64,000 bases of DNA, from NCBI GenBank assembly GCA_904063045.1, contig CAJFCJ010000020.1:1-64000 (forward strand). Direction: 5' to 3'. Made by a program: the position numbers and the translations under genes. Every line of letters starts with the position of its first letter. The first letter of the stretch is position 1. This DNA comes from Dimorphilus gyrociliatus (Eukaryota; Animalia; Annelida). The notes under the pieces were generated by a model that was given only the letters and a program-made list of their open reading frames with translations, was not told the origin of the DNA and ran no database searches. Below, in pieces: positions 37,901 through 50,744 of the stretch.

Positions 37901-38277
37901 AAATTTCTATGGAAAATAAGGCAAATGGATAATAAAATGTAAAAGAACAACGGAAGCTATACATACTTGAATTTGTTTTGGTTACATACTGTAACAGTTG
38001 GATAGTTGAGTTTCCCTGCATAGATAACTTCAACATCGACGGTTGTTTCTTTCGCATTGAAATCAATTGATCTGCTTATGACTTGATACAGAAAGAAAGC
38101 CAAAGCCGTTAGAACGAAACATGCCCAAATTATGCGTCGAATTATTGAATGATCTCTATCGAATATATTACTGACGCCGTGAAAAGTTGTAGAATCCATA
38201 TATTCCCTCCAAGTTTTACCTCTAATTATTCTGGGGGTTGGCCAAGCATGAGAAGGTTTCACTTTTGTCGTAATCAT
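34996..38277 (-). CDS. DEG/ENaC channel paralog 1, at least 939 aa; exons 37967-38277, 35246-37576, 34996-35170, last small exon unresolved; about 520-aa knuckle segment
   Basis: STTFHG, YPTVTVCNQNKFK, CEWAGRNC, GVKIFLH, TM2 SEIGGFMGLLLGASVLTIIE. Same intron positions as the other three paralogs (third exon 175 nt in all four). Confidence 0.92.
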
Positions 38278-39503
38278 ATTTCCTTTCTTTTCGATAAATT
38301 AAGAACTAAAAGAGAAGAAAGTTAGGAGAGAGTTAAGTTTATCAGGATGAACGGCTACACAATAAATGCATTAGTTTCTGTAAATATTACAGGGTTTATA
38401 ATGCTTCTTTTTCATTAATTATGTACACAGGCGAGCGTGTGTTTTGAAAAAGACTGCAAAAAAAAAAAAAGAAAAGCAATTTATTTCATAAATGTTTTAT
38501 TACAAAATTACTGTAGATTATAGAATGATAGCGATAAAATTGTTTGTTGCCTAATCGTGACACAGCAACATAAATATGATCTAAACAACGTCATTAAATG
38601 TATATATAGTAGTTTTTTTTATTTCCTTATAATTTGTAATATATTGCCTTATAATTTCATAATTAAGTCAGCGTTCTATTTGTCAATCTCGCTATAACTT
38701 TTATGATTTTCTTTATACATGGACAGAGAAAGGGGAATGGGATATGCACTACAGATGGCGTTGTATGAGCATTTTTTTTATACTTTAGAAGATGAAAATA
38801 GGGGAGGAGAAAGGGGCGGAGAGGGCGTGGAGGGTAAGAGCAACTTTTTCTTATATGCTCTAAGAGAAAATCTGAAAAACTCTCAAATTTCATACAGTAA
38901 CATTAACCTTAAAGAATTTAGGAAGAAAAAGGAAGAAATAGAAAAAAGAGAAAGTTATTATATTGCTGATAATTCAATTATTCTCTATAATTTTCCTTAG
39001 CTGTAAAAGATTGTATAAGGTTGCAAAAAGCCTCCAGCTGCCATGTATTGAATATTAAATATAATAATTCCATTTCTAGGTCAAACTTTGTTTTTTCCTA
39101 TTTTGCTTTCTCCCGAGTGCAATAGAGTGTAACGGTTGATGTAAATATTATAGAAAAACTATTTGTATAAGAGTTTTTCTATGTTTATGGAGGAGATTTA
39201 AACGGTAAAAAATTGAATTTTTCCCTCAAAAAGTTTCGTTTTGTTGGTAGGAGAAATAATATCTTTGAAGTGCCAAATTTCTTCTATGTTATTATTCTTT
39301 CTTTTATTCAACTGTATCAATGATGTATGTGCTAGTTGGCAATTAACTGACTTGCATAATTTAGCGGTAAGGTATACTGGTAAATTAACGAAGTGGAAGG
39401 AATGTATCAGGTGGAAAGATGAAATATGAAAGAATTTCTATAAAAGCAATATATTATATATCACCTTGTAAAAATGTGAATAAATTTAATAACACGGTTG
39501 AAT

Positions 39504-39857
39504 ACAGATGGCAGTATCAGGTTTTCATGGGAACATACTTTGACCTTTGAAAAACGAGAGTTTTCGACATATAAGGTCTATTAGCTTTAAAATTTGCCAT
39601 GGAAAATTTTCTTTTCACGTGACCAGGTGGCTTGCGGTTTTCATGTTTTTGATATCAAAGACATACGCTTCATGATGCAGTTGTTCCGCATGAAATTCTA
39701 CGGGGCAAATGATCCGTAAGGCATTAATATAGTAAATTCGCAAAGATTTGATAAATTATTGCTGTACCAGTAATAGCAGAAAGTAAATGTAATTAGGCTA
39801 AAAGCTTTGAAAGATTGGTCGGCATAGTGCACGGAAATTCTTTGAAAGATGGCGCTA
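39504..39857 (+). promoter_or_regulatory. Three CTCF/YY1-like motifs in the same orientation between the ENaC array and Islet-a
   Basis: ACAGATGGCAGTA 39504, ACCAGGTGGCT 39622, AAGATGGCGCTA 39846. Motif matches only. Confidence 0.4.
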
Positions 39858-40144
39858 GACGCTTTCGAATCGGATTATTCAACCAAACTTTCTCCTCTTA
39901 GAATCCCAGACAGTTTATTGCGTGTTATTTTTATTCAACTTCAAAGTTAACAAAACAATTACGTCCCTTTTAGGCAGGTAAATTAAGGCAATAAGCCTGA
40001 GTCGGTCGTTTGCTAATGTACACACAATCGACTGACTTCGTCAAAGAAAAAAAAGATTCTCGGTCGAATAACCTTCGATTTTTTCCTTTTTTCCAAAATA
40101 TTTTCTATGCTTTGCTTTCCTTTCTCTGGGGTTTTTTTTTGAAT

Positions 40145-40192
40145 ACATATATATATATATATTTATATATATATATATATATACAGATATAT
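40145..40192. repeat. (TA)n microsatellite
   Basis: Interrupted tata run. Confidence 0.9.
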
Positions 40193-40403
40193 ACAGTTTG
40201 ATATAATAAAAAAAAAGAAAACACAAAATACTAATGGAAAAAAACGATGAGTAAATAAATTAGTATACGTAGACACCTAGATAAAAACATCAGAAATATA
40301 AAAGGCGGTGCCAAAGGGAGCTGTCAATCTAAAATTTCTTTAGCGAATAAGCGCCATGCAAGCGAACGTTTCGTACGCAGCCGAAACTTTGCGGCGGTCA
40401 AAT

Positions 40404-43330
40404 ATGGCGCCGACGAGCGACGGTCCGGATCTGAGCGGGACGTCAGGTAAGTTATCGTAATAAAATTAAGAAAGGGGAGGGAGAGAAATTAGATGTAGGC
40501 GTCGAAATGTTAAGGCAAGCGTCCTCTTACATTCTATAGGCTTTTCGAGTGGTGTACGCTTCGTTGCGAGCCGAGCACTCGTAAGTGTTGTATGCAAAAT
40601 GAATGTTGTGCGTGCAAAGTGCATGAAATTCGAACGTACTTTCATTTCAATAGCTAACCTCTTAAAAACGTTCGATATAATTTTCATGTTGCTATATTAC
40701 ATATCGCCCAGCAACGCTTTCACCATTTCTATCTGCATATTTTCATCATTTTTTATAATCAATAATGCCATCTAGCTACCTTCTTTTGTTCTTTTTGTTC
40801 TAGTCATTATGTATTTCAAAGTGCCTAGTTATACTTTCGTATTTATTATATATTTGAATATTAGTAAACACCTTAGGCCTAATTAACTGTATAACTACTG
40901 TATTGAATTAAATCATCCTAAACTATTTAGCCTAAGTAGGCGTTAAACGGTTCGTCGTTTGAAACGCATTTATAAGTCATTTGCATATATTGTATTGTAC
41001 AAATAAGGGGCATGTGCATATGCGTAAATATTGAATGGCGTGTAAATAGAGGAAATTTGTGTTAGATGTAAATGTTTGATGGGCTTCGGACGCAATATGC
41101 ATTATTTTTCAACCGTTTTCTATTGCTATATATAATATGTAAGCCTATACAAATATAAATGTGTTTCGTTGTTATAAAAAAGGAATATAACTGCGTGTCT
41201 GGCGCCGTTCTGTAACAAAAGACGTAATATATGTTATGGAAAGGAATATATTGGCAACAGAGTGAGAGGCGAATTGATATGCATTGTTTGTTGCAGTTGT
41301 TTATCCTGCATTCGTTAACGAGCTGTTGTTTTCTTATCTACATCCCTAATTTCCGCTTCATCATTATTCATTCAGTCATTATTTCTTTGAATCAATTTGA
41401 TATATTCGTTTTTTTTCCTATCGTGTTTATTCGTTCCTGATTTTTTCGTCCGCTACTTTTTCTTCTTCTCTCTCTCTATCTTTTAGTTTCTTGTCGGTAG
41501 CTGATCAACGTATACTTGCCAACCTACTCTCGCGTAGGTTAACTATTTTGTTAGGGGCATTCGTAAGTAGGTGTTATATTTATCTGTGCACTGAAATATC
41601 AAACGTCAATACAGCAATGAATTGTTCGATTTGCACGGGATGCGGAAACCGTATCAAGGAGCAATACTTACTAAGAGTCCACCCAAATATGGTATGGCAT
41701 GTCACCTGTCTTAAGTGCCAAGAATGTGGAGAAAGTTTGGACGAAGATTGTACTTGTTTTGTAAGGGACGGTAAACCTTTCTGTAAGGAAGATTATGCCC
41801 GACTTTACGGAACCAAGTGCTCCAAGTGTGGAATTTTGGCCCGAAGGACCGACTTGGTCATGCGAATCAAATCTAACGTTTATCATACAGACTGCTTCCG
41901 TTGCGCAGTTTGTGACAGAACACTCGTCGCTGGCGACGAATATATTATCAAAAATGTAGAAGAAGGTCCGTTGTGTAAGGCTCACTACCAATCCAGTACG
42001 AATAATGTTGCAGGTGAGTTTGCACATCTGTCGATTCGATTCGACGTTACTTTTTACAAGGTTTTGCGTTTAGCGAGTAAATTGGTTTTTTTTTTGTTAA
42101 AAATTGGGGTTGAACGGAAGGAGGGTAACAAGGGTAATAAGTCAAAGAAGGGTTGAGAGGGGGGAGGAGAAACAGGAGGACGGGAATGGGGAAAAAATAA
42201 ATGGGACGGTTCAGTCGGCTTTTTTCCTCTAAACCAAGGGAGGACGGTAAAACGTCAAACAGAGGCGGCTGCTAGATCTCTGCGGGCGCCATTAGTGGCA
42301 TAATGCCTTAGTGCGACAGTGGGCCCCCCTAAAAAATAACGCCCCCCGCTGACGAATGTTGCCTGCCGCAGGTGGCCAGAATAAGGAGAAGAGGGATCAC
42401 AAGACCACTCGAATTCGCACCGTACTTACAGAAAAACAACTTCATACATTACGCGCCTGCTATGCGGCAAATCCCCGTCCGGATGCGCTAATGAAAGAGC
42501 AGATGGTCGAGATGACTGGACTCGCTCCTAAGGTCATACGCGTCTGGTTTCAAAATAAACGCTGTAAAGACAAGAAGAGAAATATATTGTTAAAGCAGAT
42601 GCACGATAACGAAATGGATGGTGACGGCCGACACGGCAAAATTGTAAGTTAATTCAATAAACTGATATACTTAGACAGAAATCAAAAATAATTAATAACA
42701 AGAGTTAAGATAAGAAAAGAAACGTTTTACAGTATACATATTGAAGTCGACAAAGTGTAAAAAATGTCTAAATGCTCTTAAGCAGCCCATGGGAATCCCA
42801 ATGACGGCGTCGAGTCCGGTGATGCACGAGACAACAGCCAATGCTCAAACAATTCAAAGTCTCTCGCAAATATCCTCATGGAGGGCCTTAAACGACTTTG
42901 CTGCCGAGGAAAATATATTCCATCAACTGGTAAGCTATAAATAAACTTATAATGCATGCGGATCGTGAATATGAAGCGACTAAACGATTATTAGGAAATC
43001 TACTATATGGTATAATGGATACCAGTTCGTGAGAGCATTGCAGCGTTGCAGATCCGGCGTATCATTTACGCAATGTCGCGCAATTCTAAACATTATACAC
43101 ACGTAAACTATATGACGGGCGTGGGAAACTGACTATCACTTTGCACATGCTTTAAAGCGGGGAGGGGGGCCCCGTTGTTTGTCTATGTATATAATATATA
43201 TGGAATATATAAACGTTGTTTGTTTATACAGACGAACACGTTCGATTCGACGGACGACTTATCACCGTCTTCCTCAGAACTTATCGATTCAGAATCCGAT
43301 GCTTCATCAGCCGTAGGCGTTCATCTATGA
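40404..43330 (+). CDS. Isl: Islet-class LIM homeobox, divergent paralog (Islet-a), 319 aa; exons 40404-40446, 41615-42013, 42372-42643, 42783-42929, 43232-43330
   Basis: Two LIM domains in one exon; homeodomain [59 protein letters not shown]; degenerate LIM-binding region [19 protein letters not shown]. Phases consistent (960 nt). TATAAAAG at 40297. Confidence 0.93.
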
Positions 43331-45723
43331 AATCGCCCAAGAAGAATGTGGGAAAGACGAGAGACGAAGAATGAGTAGGAGGAGGAGAAGTGGGAGAAAG
43401 ATGACGAGGGAGCTCTTTCGTGCAATATGGCGTCACTTTTCGATCGTTTTATTTCACTGCTGGGCGACAACTTTCATCAGACGTCATCGGAAAAGACTAC
43501 CATTTCCTTTTCAATGCCCAAGCGATAAACGTTTTTGAACAATAGCTGAACGAGTACATTTAATTATCTTAATGTTCGGTTGATGTTGTTTAATTATTGG
43601 CTGTTACATAATAATATTTACAACGAGAAGAAGGATGACAATTGTATGCTTGATTTATTTACTTATTTATCGCGACCGGATCTCGCGTCAAGAACGCCAA
43701 AAGCCCTCCTACTCTTGCCCCCTCCTCTTTCTTAATTATATGGTAGGAGGCTGAAGATAATAATACACCACTGCCACGCGTCTACGCTAGAGAATTCGAC
43801 AAAAAGCGTTAAGCCCCTTTTAGTTCTAATTTCATCAGAGCAGCTACCAAAATCCAATAATTTTCAACGAAATACTTCCAGCTTATTTTCTCTTTTTCTC
43901 ACTTTCATGTATTGTATATAGTACATATATCTTTGATATATCTCTATGCGTATTCATATGAACAAATTACAGAAATTTTTTCTACATATACTCTGGCTAT
44001 CACTTTCGTTCTCGCCCTTTAGCCCAACACTCCTCTAACCGCTCTTTATCCTTATCGCGGGTTAAGTTTACTTCTCTTCGATCTTTTCGCCTCAATATAT
44101 TCATACTTCATTGAAATTCAACTTAGGTAAATAGTTTTTTTAAAAAAAAAGGCCTAACATTTTATAGTTAAATACTCGAGCCAATATTTGTATAGACTTT
44201 ACTGCTTGTACAACTGTTTATGAACGTGCTATACGGGAGCATCAAAATAAGCTTCATTCACTAGTTGGGTAAATAAACGCGTACGTGTAAATGCATATAA
44301 TGAAAAAAAATAACTCATCCTAGAAATGAATATATGAAGCGAGGGGAAAGAAGAAAAGAAAAAAGAGATGGAGAGGGATTGAGAAAAAAAAGAGTGAGAG
44401 AGTTAATAAAAAAGGAACTCGCTGTCTTTATTTTTCCATTTATCGTTATTACTTTTTTCTATTGGTATAATTATTTATATTCAGATTATGATGTTTTAAT
44501 AATATTAATAGTAAAGAAAAGTAGTAAAAGTTGTACTCGAATATAATAAGACATAATTTTTTTAACCAACAAAGACTCCCTTGATTATGAAAAAAACATA
44601 AGTTTTTTCTGTTATTATTTATAAGAAAAGTAGCATAAAAAACAAAAAAGAATCGATAAATGGAATATTACTTTATCTTTCGTGTTATATTCAGAAGCGG
44701 AATAACAGACGGCGTTGACGTTCGACTGTATGACATTTTCAAGACTACTGACGAGATAGCAGAAACTTATCAATGTGCATTTAGACGTCATTACGAATGC
44801 GTCCGTTCGCCTTCATACATCATTTAGGTAAAGTCTGCGCGTCCGGTTTTCGTCTTCTTGTATATATCTCTATGTACATATTGTATATAGTTGTATATAA
44901 TACCCGTGCACATGTATATACAATTTAGAAGGTTTATGCTTGGTATACAGTACACCCGCCCCCCTGCAGGTTGTCGAATTGCGTAATAAGGCCGGCGCTA
45001 AATCTGATAGATTAAACAATTCACTTGCTCCTTCCCCACTACACACGAAGATTTTCTCGATTCACACAACCGGACTTGCTCAATCTATTTCTTTCTTTTC
45101 TTTTCTTTTTTTAAGCCATAATACACCCTGTTTCGGCAGCCGGTCTGGTTCACTTGTTTAAAAGCGCCGCAAGCCATTACAACAGATGTAGCCTTAAGAG
45201 AGATGATCAGAGATATAAAAGTGCAGGCGATGGATCAGAGAGATTACAGATGCAGATAAAAGTGAGGCAAGGCGAAGGCGGGCAAGGCAAGGCAGATAGA
45301 TGCATTAGCGCCTACGCCAAACTAGGTCAATCAACTAAGACGGTGCAGGTGGCTGCATATATACAACTAGACTATAAAGCGCCCGCCGTTTGTAACTTGC
45401 ATCGGGCTACCACGCCCACTGACAGTGGACGCCAGCAGTGAGAGACGTCACTTTCAAGTGAAATGCGGCGTCTGTTGCTTTGTCATCTGCCACGCGACCT
45501 AATTAACGCCGCCAATCAATACTTGCTGCCCCGCAGGCGGCATCTTTTGAAGCTGTCTTCGACAAACGTGCACGCGCACATACAAACACGCTCGTCCCGA
45601 CTGCAATACCCAGATCCCATCTTCTATCTCGTCTCATTCTCCAAGATCAATAGTATTCAATCTCTGACTGAAATGACGACGATCCTTTTCTTATTTCTTT
45701 TTCTTTCCGTCTTGCCAGGCGCG

Positions 45724-47126
45724 ATGTCGGGTCGAGATAAAATTCTAAACACTGGCGCCAGGCCCCTGTATTACGTGAGTAGCTCAGGTGTGCCTCTATG
45801 CATACACGTTTGCCGTCCAGTGACATTCACTTTCCCCGTTAGCATCTAAAAAAAAAGCTAGTCTATACACCCTTGCCCCCCTTCTTTTCTCTCTCTCTCC
45901 CCCTCTCTCTCTCTCTCTCTATCTCTATCGGCACCTTCACGTACGGCGGCAGCCTAGGTGGCGCTAGTACTCAAGCCAAAGCGCCAGCGACGATAGGTTG
46001 CCTTAGGCCCCGCCTACTCTATACCGCGCAACGTATTTGTAACCGGATTGCAGTAGGGTGGATTCAAACTGCACATGCGAACGACGACAACAACGATGAC
46101 GACACCACCGTGCGTCGGATGTGGATGTGCTATAACAGATCAGTACATTCTCAGGGTCGATCCGGATTTGGAATGGCATGCATCTTGTTTGAAATGTGCC
46201 GATTGTGGACAAATGTTGGACGAGAATTGCACGTGTTTTGTGCGAGACGGAAAGACGTACTGCAAATCGGATTACACTAGGTAGGCGATTAATTTATTAG
46301 TAGGAGTCCATTCTAAAGGACTTGCTTGGCGCGGGCTGTGAATAAAATTGAATAGGCTCCCCCCAATCCTATATAATAAACAGAGTCAATCATATCAAAT
46401 AAAAAGGGTGACGCTTCGCGAATTTTACTGCTGAATGCAGGCTGATTGATTCGAACAATACTAGAATTGCTCAACCTTCATGTATATTTTAAGGGGCCTA
46501 AGTGCTGTCAACACGAGCCCATTAATTCATTACTGGTATAAAGTCACATATTGCATACCTGTATACTTTAGTTCAAAATTAAATGATGAAAATGGAAAAA
46601 TGAAACCGAGAGGCGGATCGAAACTCTTTTGATCTACTGCAATATTAAAATCGCGTTCGTTCAAAGTGTTTGCTCAGCGACGCGCTTCGTCGGTATAGAA
46701 CAACGAGTGACGACCTCGACGCCTTGTTTTATTCATACACCTAATACAAACGAAAAATTCTTTTTTTCTCTCTCTTTTTTCGCTTCCCTTCACAGAGTTA
46801 TGCTGTATAGATATTGTAATAATATATTTACGATCGACCGTTGGGACGTTGTTACATAAAACGCAAACATCGGCATGAGTTGAGACGCGAGCGGCATCGC
46901 GTTATTAGCGCGTAATTTAAATGGCTTTATTACATAATAATTTGGAGTTGTGTCGGCCCGCTGAGCTATCGACTAGCTACAGTATATAATGCGGGTGAAT
47001 ATAGCAGAAGAATGAAGCTTTTGACAGTGTAAACAGCACTACTATATATATATACAAGTACAGACGCAGGCCGATTTATTTTTTGCAGGCGCACACTGCA
47101 TATATATATATATATATATTTATCAA

Positions 47127-47157
<31 letters not shown>

Positions 47158-47626
47158 ATATAATATATAGATGTATGTACACGCTAATGTAATGGATTTT
47201 ATGTAACTGCTATGTTAATAGAGTATATACAGATTATTCTCTGACTTTATATTCAAATCTGAAAGCTAGCGAGATTATAGTATATTTTAAAATATCATAT
47301 CAGGGATGAGTCTTGAACAGTAAACTATGTAGAATATACACAATGTTCTTTATATTTGATATACGGAGTATACAGTATACAATATACCATAAACCATACA
47401 TAGTATACAAAATGCCATATACTATACACAATTTATATACTATATATTCTTTACTATGCTACTTACGCATAACGTTTATCATAAATATTCATAGATAATG
47501 AATGCTGATATTCATAAAGATATACATCTATCTTTATTGGTGTAAAAAGTGCATACATGCGTGTCTATCTATGCATACATGTGTACATGCGCTTGCGTGA
47601 GAATACACATACACCATAACAATCTT

Positions 47627-47671
<45 letters not shown>

Positions 47672-50600
47672 GCAATAAAACGGGAACATTCTACATATTC
47701 ATTAACATAGTTTATATAAGCATATGTATATACAACTATTTAACCTGACTATATTTATAATATAGAATGCATACAGTGAAAAGAATGTCTGCACATTCGT
47801 CCAGAGTTAAACAAGCATAAGATTACGGCCCGATAAACGGCAGATAAACAAACATATTAGGCTCTGAGAAAAGAAGACAAAAGCCGGCCGCTTGGGCAAA
47901 CAAATTTAGCGGCATCGTCATAAAAAAAGGAACTTTTATTCAATTGCGGTCTGTCGTAAAAATCGTATAAAAATTTTTGTGAAAATAGCATATAAAGAGA
48001 TAGATAAGGTAAATTTGGCGCCGTACCGGCTCCTTGTTTAAATAGACGAAAAATGAAAGACCAACCTTGATGCTAAAGAGATTTTACTGACGTAACTCGA
48101 ACGTTTATCGAGTGGACGAAGCGTTTACACATACGGCCCATGTAGGAAAGTTGAACGCAGATGGTAAAGTGCGCTACGCGACCCTTGACCCATTCTACGC
48201 ACTATGTACGAAATCGGCGGCGTTTTGCGGTAGCCGGGTGTTACGCTCTATTTAACCGTCACAGGCTATTCGGGGCTCGATGCGCTAAATGTGCGATCTC
48301 GTTCAGCAAGAGCGACTTGGTAATGCGAGCAAGAGAATGCATTTATCATCTCGATTGTTTTCGATGTATGGCATGCAGTCGACAATTGGTTCCGGGTGAC
48401 GAATTTGCTCTCCGCGATGATGGTCTCTACTGCAAAGCCGATTTTGAAGTGGTCGAAAGAGGAAACAACAATAATGATAGTGAAATAGTTATGGACAATG
48501 TCGACGAACAAGATGTTGACAGCGACAACTCGTCATCTACTGCCGTCGGCCAAAATTCTACGTCAAATAATTCGACCATCTCTTCCGCCAGATCCGGTAA
48601 GTCTTTTCTTCCTTCCTTATCTTCTCCCCTTCCGCGCCCTCCCTTTTTTCGCTTCCGACGGCGTGCAATGCACGCATGCATGCGCATGTTGTATATATTT
48701 GTTGAGTATAGCCTCTGGCTGCGCAGAACGAGCATCGAATTACAGGCAGTGCTTTCTTTCTATTCCTGAATTAGGCACAAGAAATGAGAGAGGTTCGAGG
48801 AAGTCAGACCATAAAACTACTAGGGTAAGGACAGTGCTAAATGAAAAACAACTGCATACTCTAAGGACCTGCTACGCGGCGAATCCTCGTCCGGACGCCC
48901 TTATGAAGGAGCAATTGGTGGAAATGACCGGCTTATCGCCCCGGGTCATCCGGGTGTGGTTTCAGAACAAACGCTGCAAGGATAAGAAGAAGAGTATACT
49001 TATGAAGCAGATGCACGAACAACAGCAGAAACAGGTAAGGTGGGCGAAAGAGCCAATGGGAATATGATGATCAAAGAAAAAGATAGCTTAAAAGAGTTTG
49101 AAATAAGATAGAAAAACCGCAAACGAGGAAGATAGTACCATTTAACTACGTTTAACTGTAAATAGGAGAACAGTGTATTGTACTTAAAAAAGAAGAGAAG
49201 AGAAATCTGTGCTGAAACGTCAGTTAATCGATGATATAGTGAGCGAGTCGAGAGTGACGAGCATCGATTGAGCGGTCGACGCGGCTCTTGAATAGCTGAC
49301 ATGCACAGAGAGAAACGAACGAGTAGAACCGAAGCGACGGCACCTGCACGCCACCCACAGTTTACTCAAGCGCTCATCAAACATTCACGTCAAACATGCT
49401 CCTTCCGTATATACGCGGTCGGAGACCGAAAATTTATATAAATACGTACATAAGCTTATACACATCATATACAGCATTCAGTTGATATTCATTGATGTAT
49501 GGTATGCTTACATATCATAAAACATGATATTTAATATATTATTCTCTTTTGGTTGCATATATTCACATGTTACTATACGGATTTGTATGAGTATATATAT
49601 GGTAAATATCTATACTTGTGCACTCCTGAGTAGCTGTACAGAATATTAGATATAAAAGTCTACTTTGAATTGGGAACTCTTAAAGGACATTGTGGCCACG
49701 CTTTATTAGACTCATGTATATATAGATATTTTTATACTCCCCGTTTCGAAAGCGTGCAGACCGCGACTTAATGCACCGACTGTTATGCGTCTCCCTAGGG
49801 CGTCCTTTCAAGCGCCGTGTCTGTTCGGCGTGTGTGGTGCGAAAAAAGCGATTAGAGAAAGTCCTAACGAGAATATAAGACCAAAAAGAAAACAAAACTA
49901 GAAACTCCTAATAAAAACAAAGCAAAATATATCAATAGAGAAAATTATAGTTTTATGGTATTATTTTTATAATCACAATCGTTTGATTGTACATAGTGGG
50001 ACTGAAAAACGAAAAAGAATACGTAGAGCGACAAATAGATATCAGTAAATATCCCCGCGTCCAAATTGCCAAATAATCATATGATGTGTTGACAATTCTT
50101 TGTGCTGTCGCAAACAAACTGTCAAGCGAATGTTGACAGAGCAACCCGAAAGCTGTTCGTGCATTCGAGTACTATTCACTCCCTTTTACGTCACTGCAGG
50201 GTGTACCTATGGTAGCGTCTAGTCCCGTACGGCACGACAGTGTCGCCGCGCCAATTGAAGTTTATCAACAACCGGCTCCTTGGAAAACTCTTTCCGATTT
50301 CGCCTCTCATTCCTCCGACATTGATGGGAACGCTCCTTTTCAACAATTGGTAAGCACTCTTTTTTTTTTACTTTTTTCCCCTTTTTCAATTCTTTTTAGC
50401 TTAGGCCAATTTCATTCAGAATTCTCCCCCCGTCCTTTCCTTTATTCTGTCTTTCTTTATGCTTTCACAGTCTTTCTTTTACTAACTCTAGCTCTAGAAT
50501 TAACGGTTCGAATAGCCGTAAATGCGCGCGGCGCCGACATCAAAGCCATACCGGGCATTATGGCGCATTATCCAACTACAACAACAATTAGTAGCCTTTG

Positions 50601-50744
50601 TAGACGGAGGATAATCTCGTCTTCTCTTTTTCTACGCAGATGACGACATTCGATGACGGTACAGTGAATTCTTGCCATCCGCCTTCTCACCTATACGGTC
50701 CAGTCGACGCTGTCGTCGATCAGGAAGGAGACTTATCTCACTGA
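45724..50744 (+). CDS. Isl: Islet-class LIM homeobox, conservative paralog (Islet-b), about 373 aa; exons 45724-45774 (less certain), 46057-46280, 48265-48596, 48775-49034, 50200-50349, 50640-50744
   Basis: LIM1 [32 protein letters not shown]2 LFGARCAKC...LYCKAD; canonical Islet homeodomain [59 protein letters not shown]; LIM-binding region [24 protein letters not shown]. Phases consistent (1122 nt). Confidence 0.95.
45885..45928. repeat. (CT)n microsatellite in Islet-b intron 1
   Basis: ctctctct runs. Confidence 0.85.
47040..47670. repeat. (TA)n microsatellites in the 2-kb Islet-b intron
   Basis: Runs at 47095-47170 and 47629-47668. Confidence 0.9.

Noticed and set aside
41491-41614. N-terminal extension of the 221-aa ORF (MSVADQ...)
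   Set aside because: Lies in the intron; a phase-1 acceptor at 41613-41614 fits the upstream exon 40404-40446.
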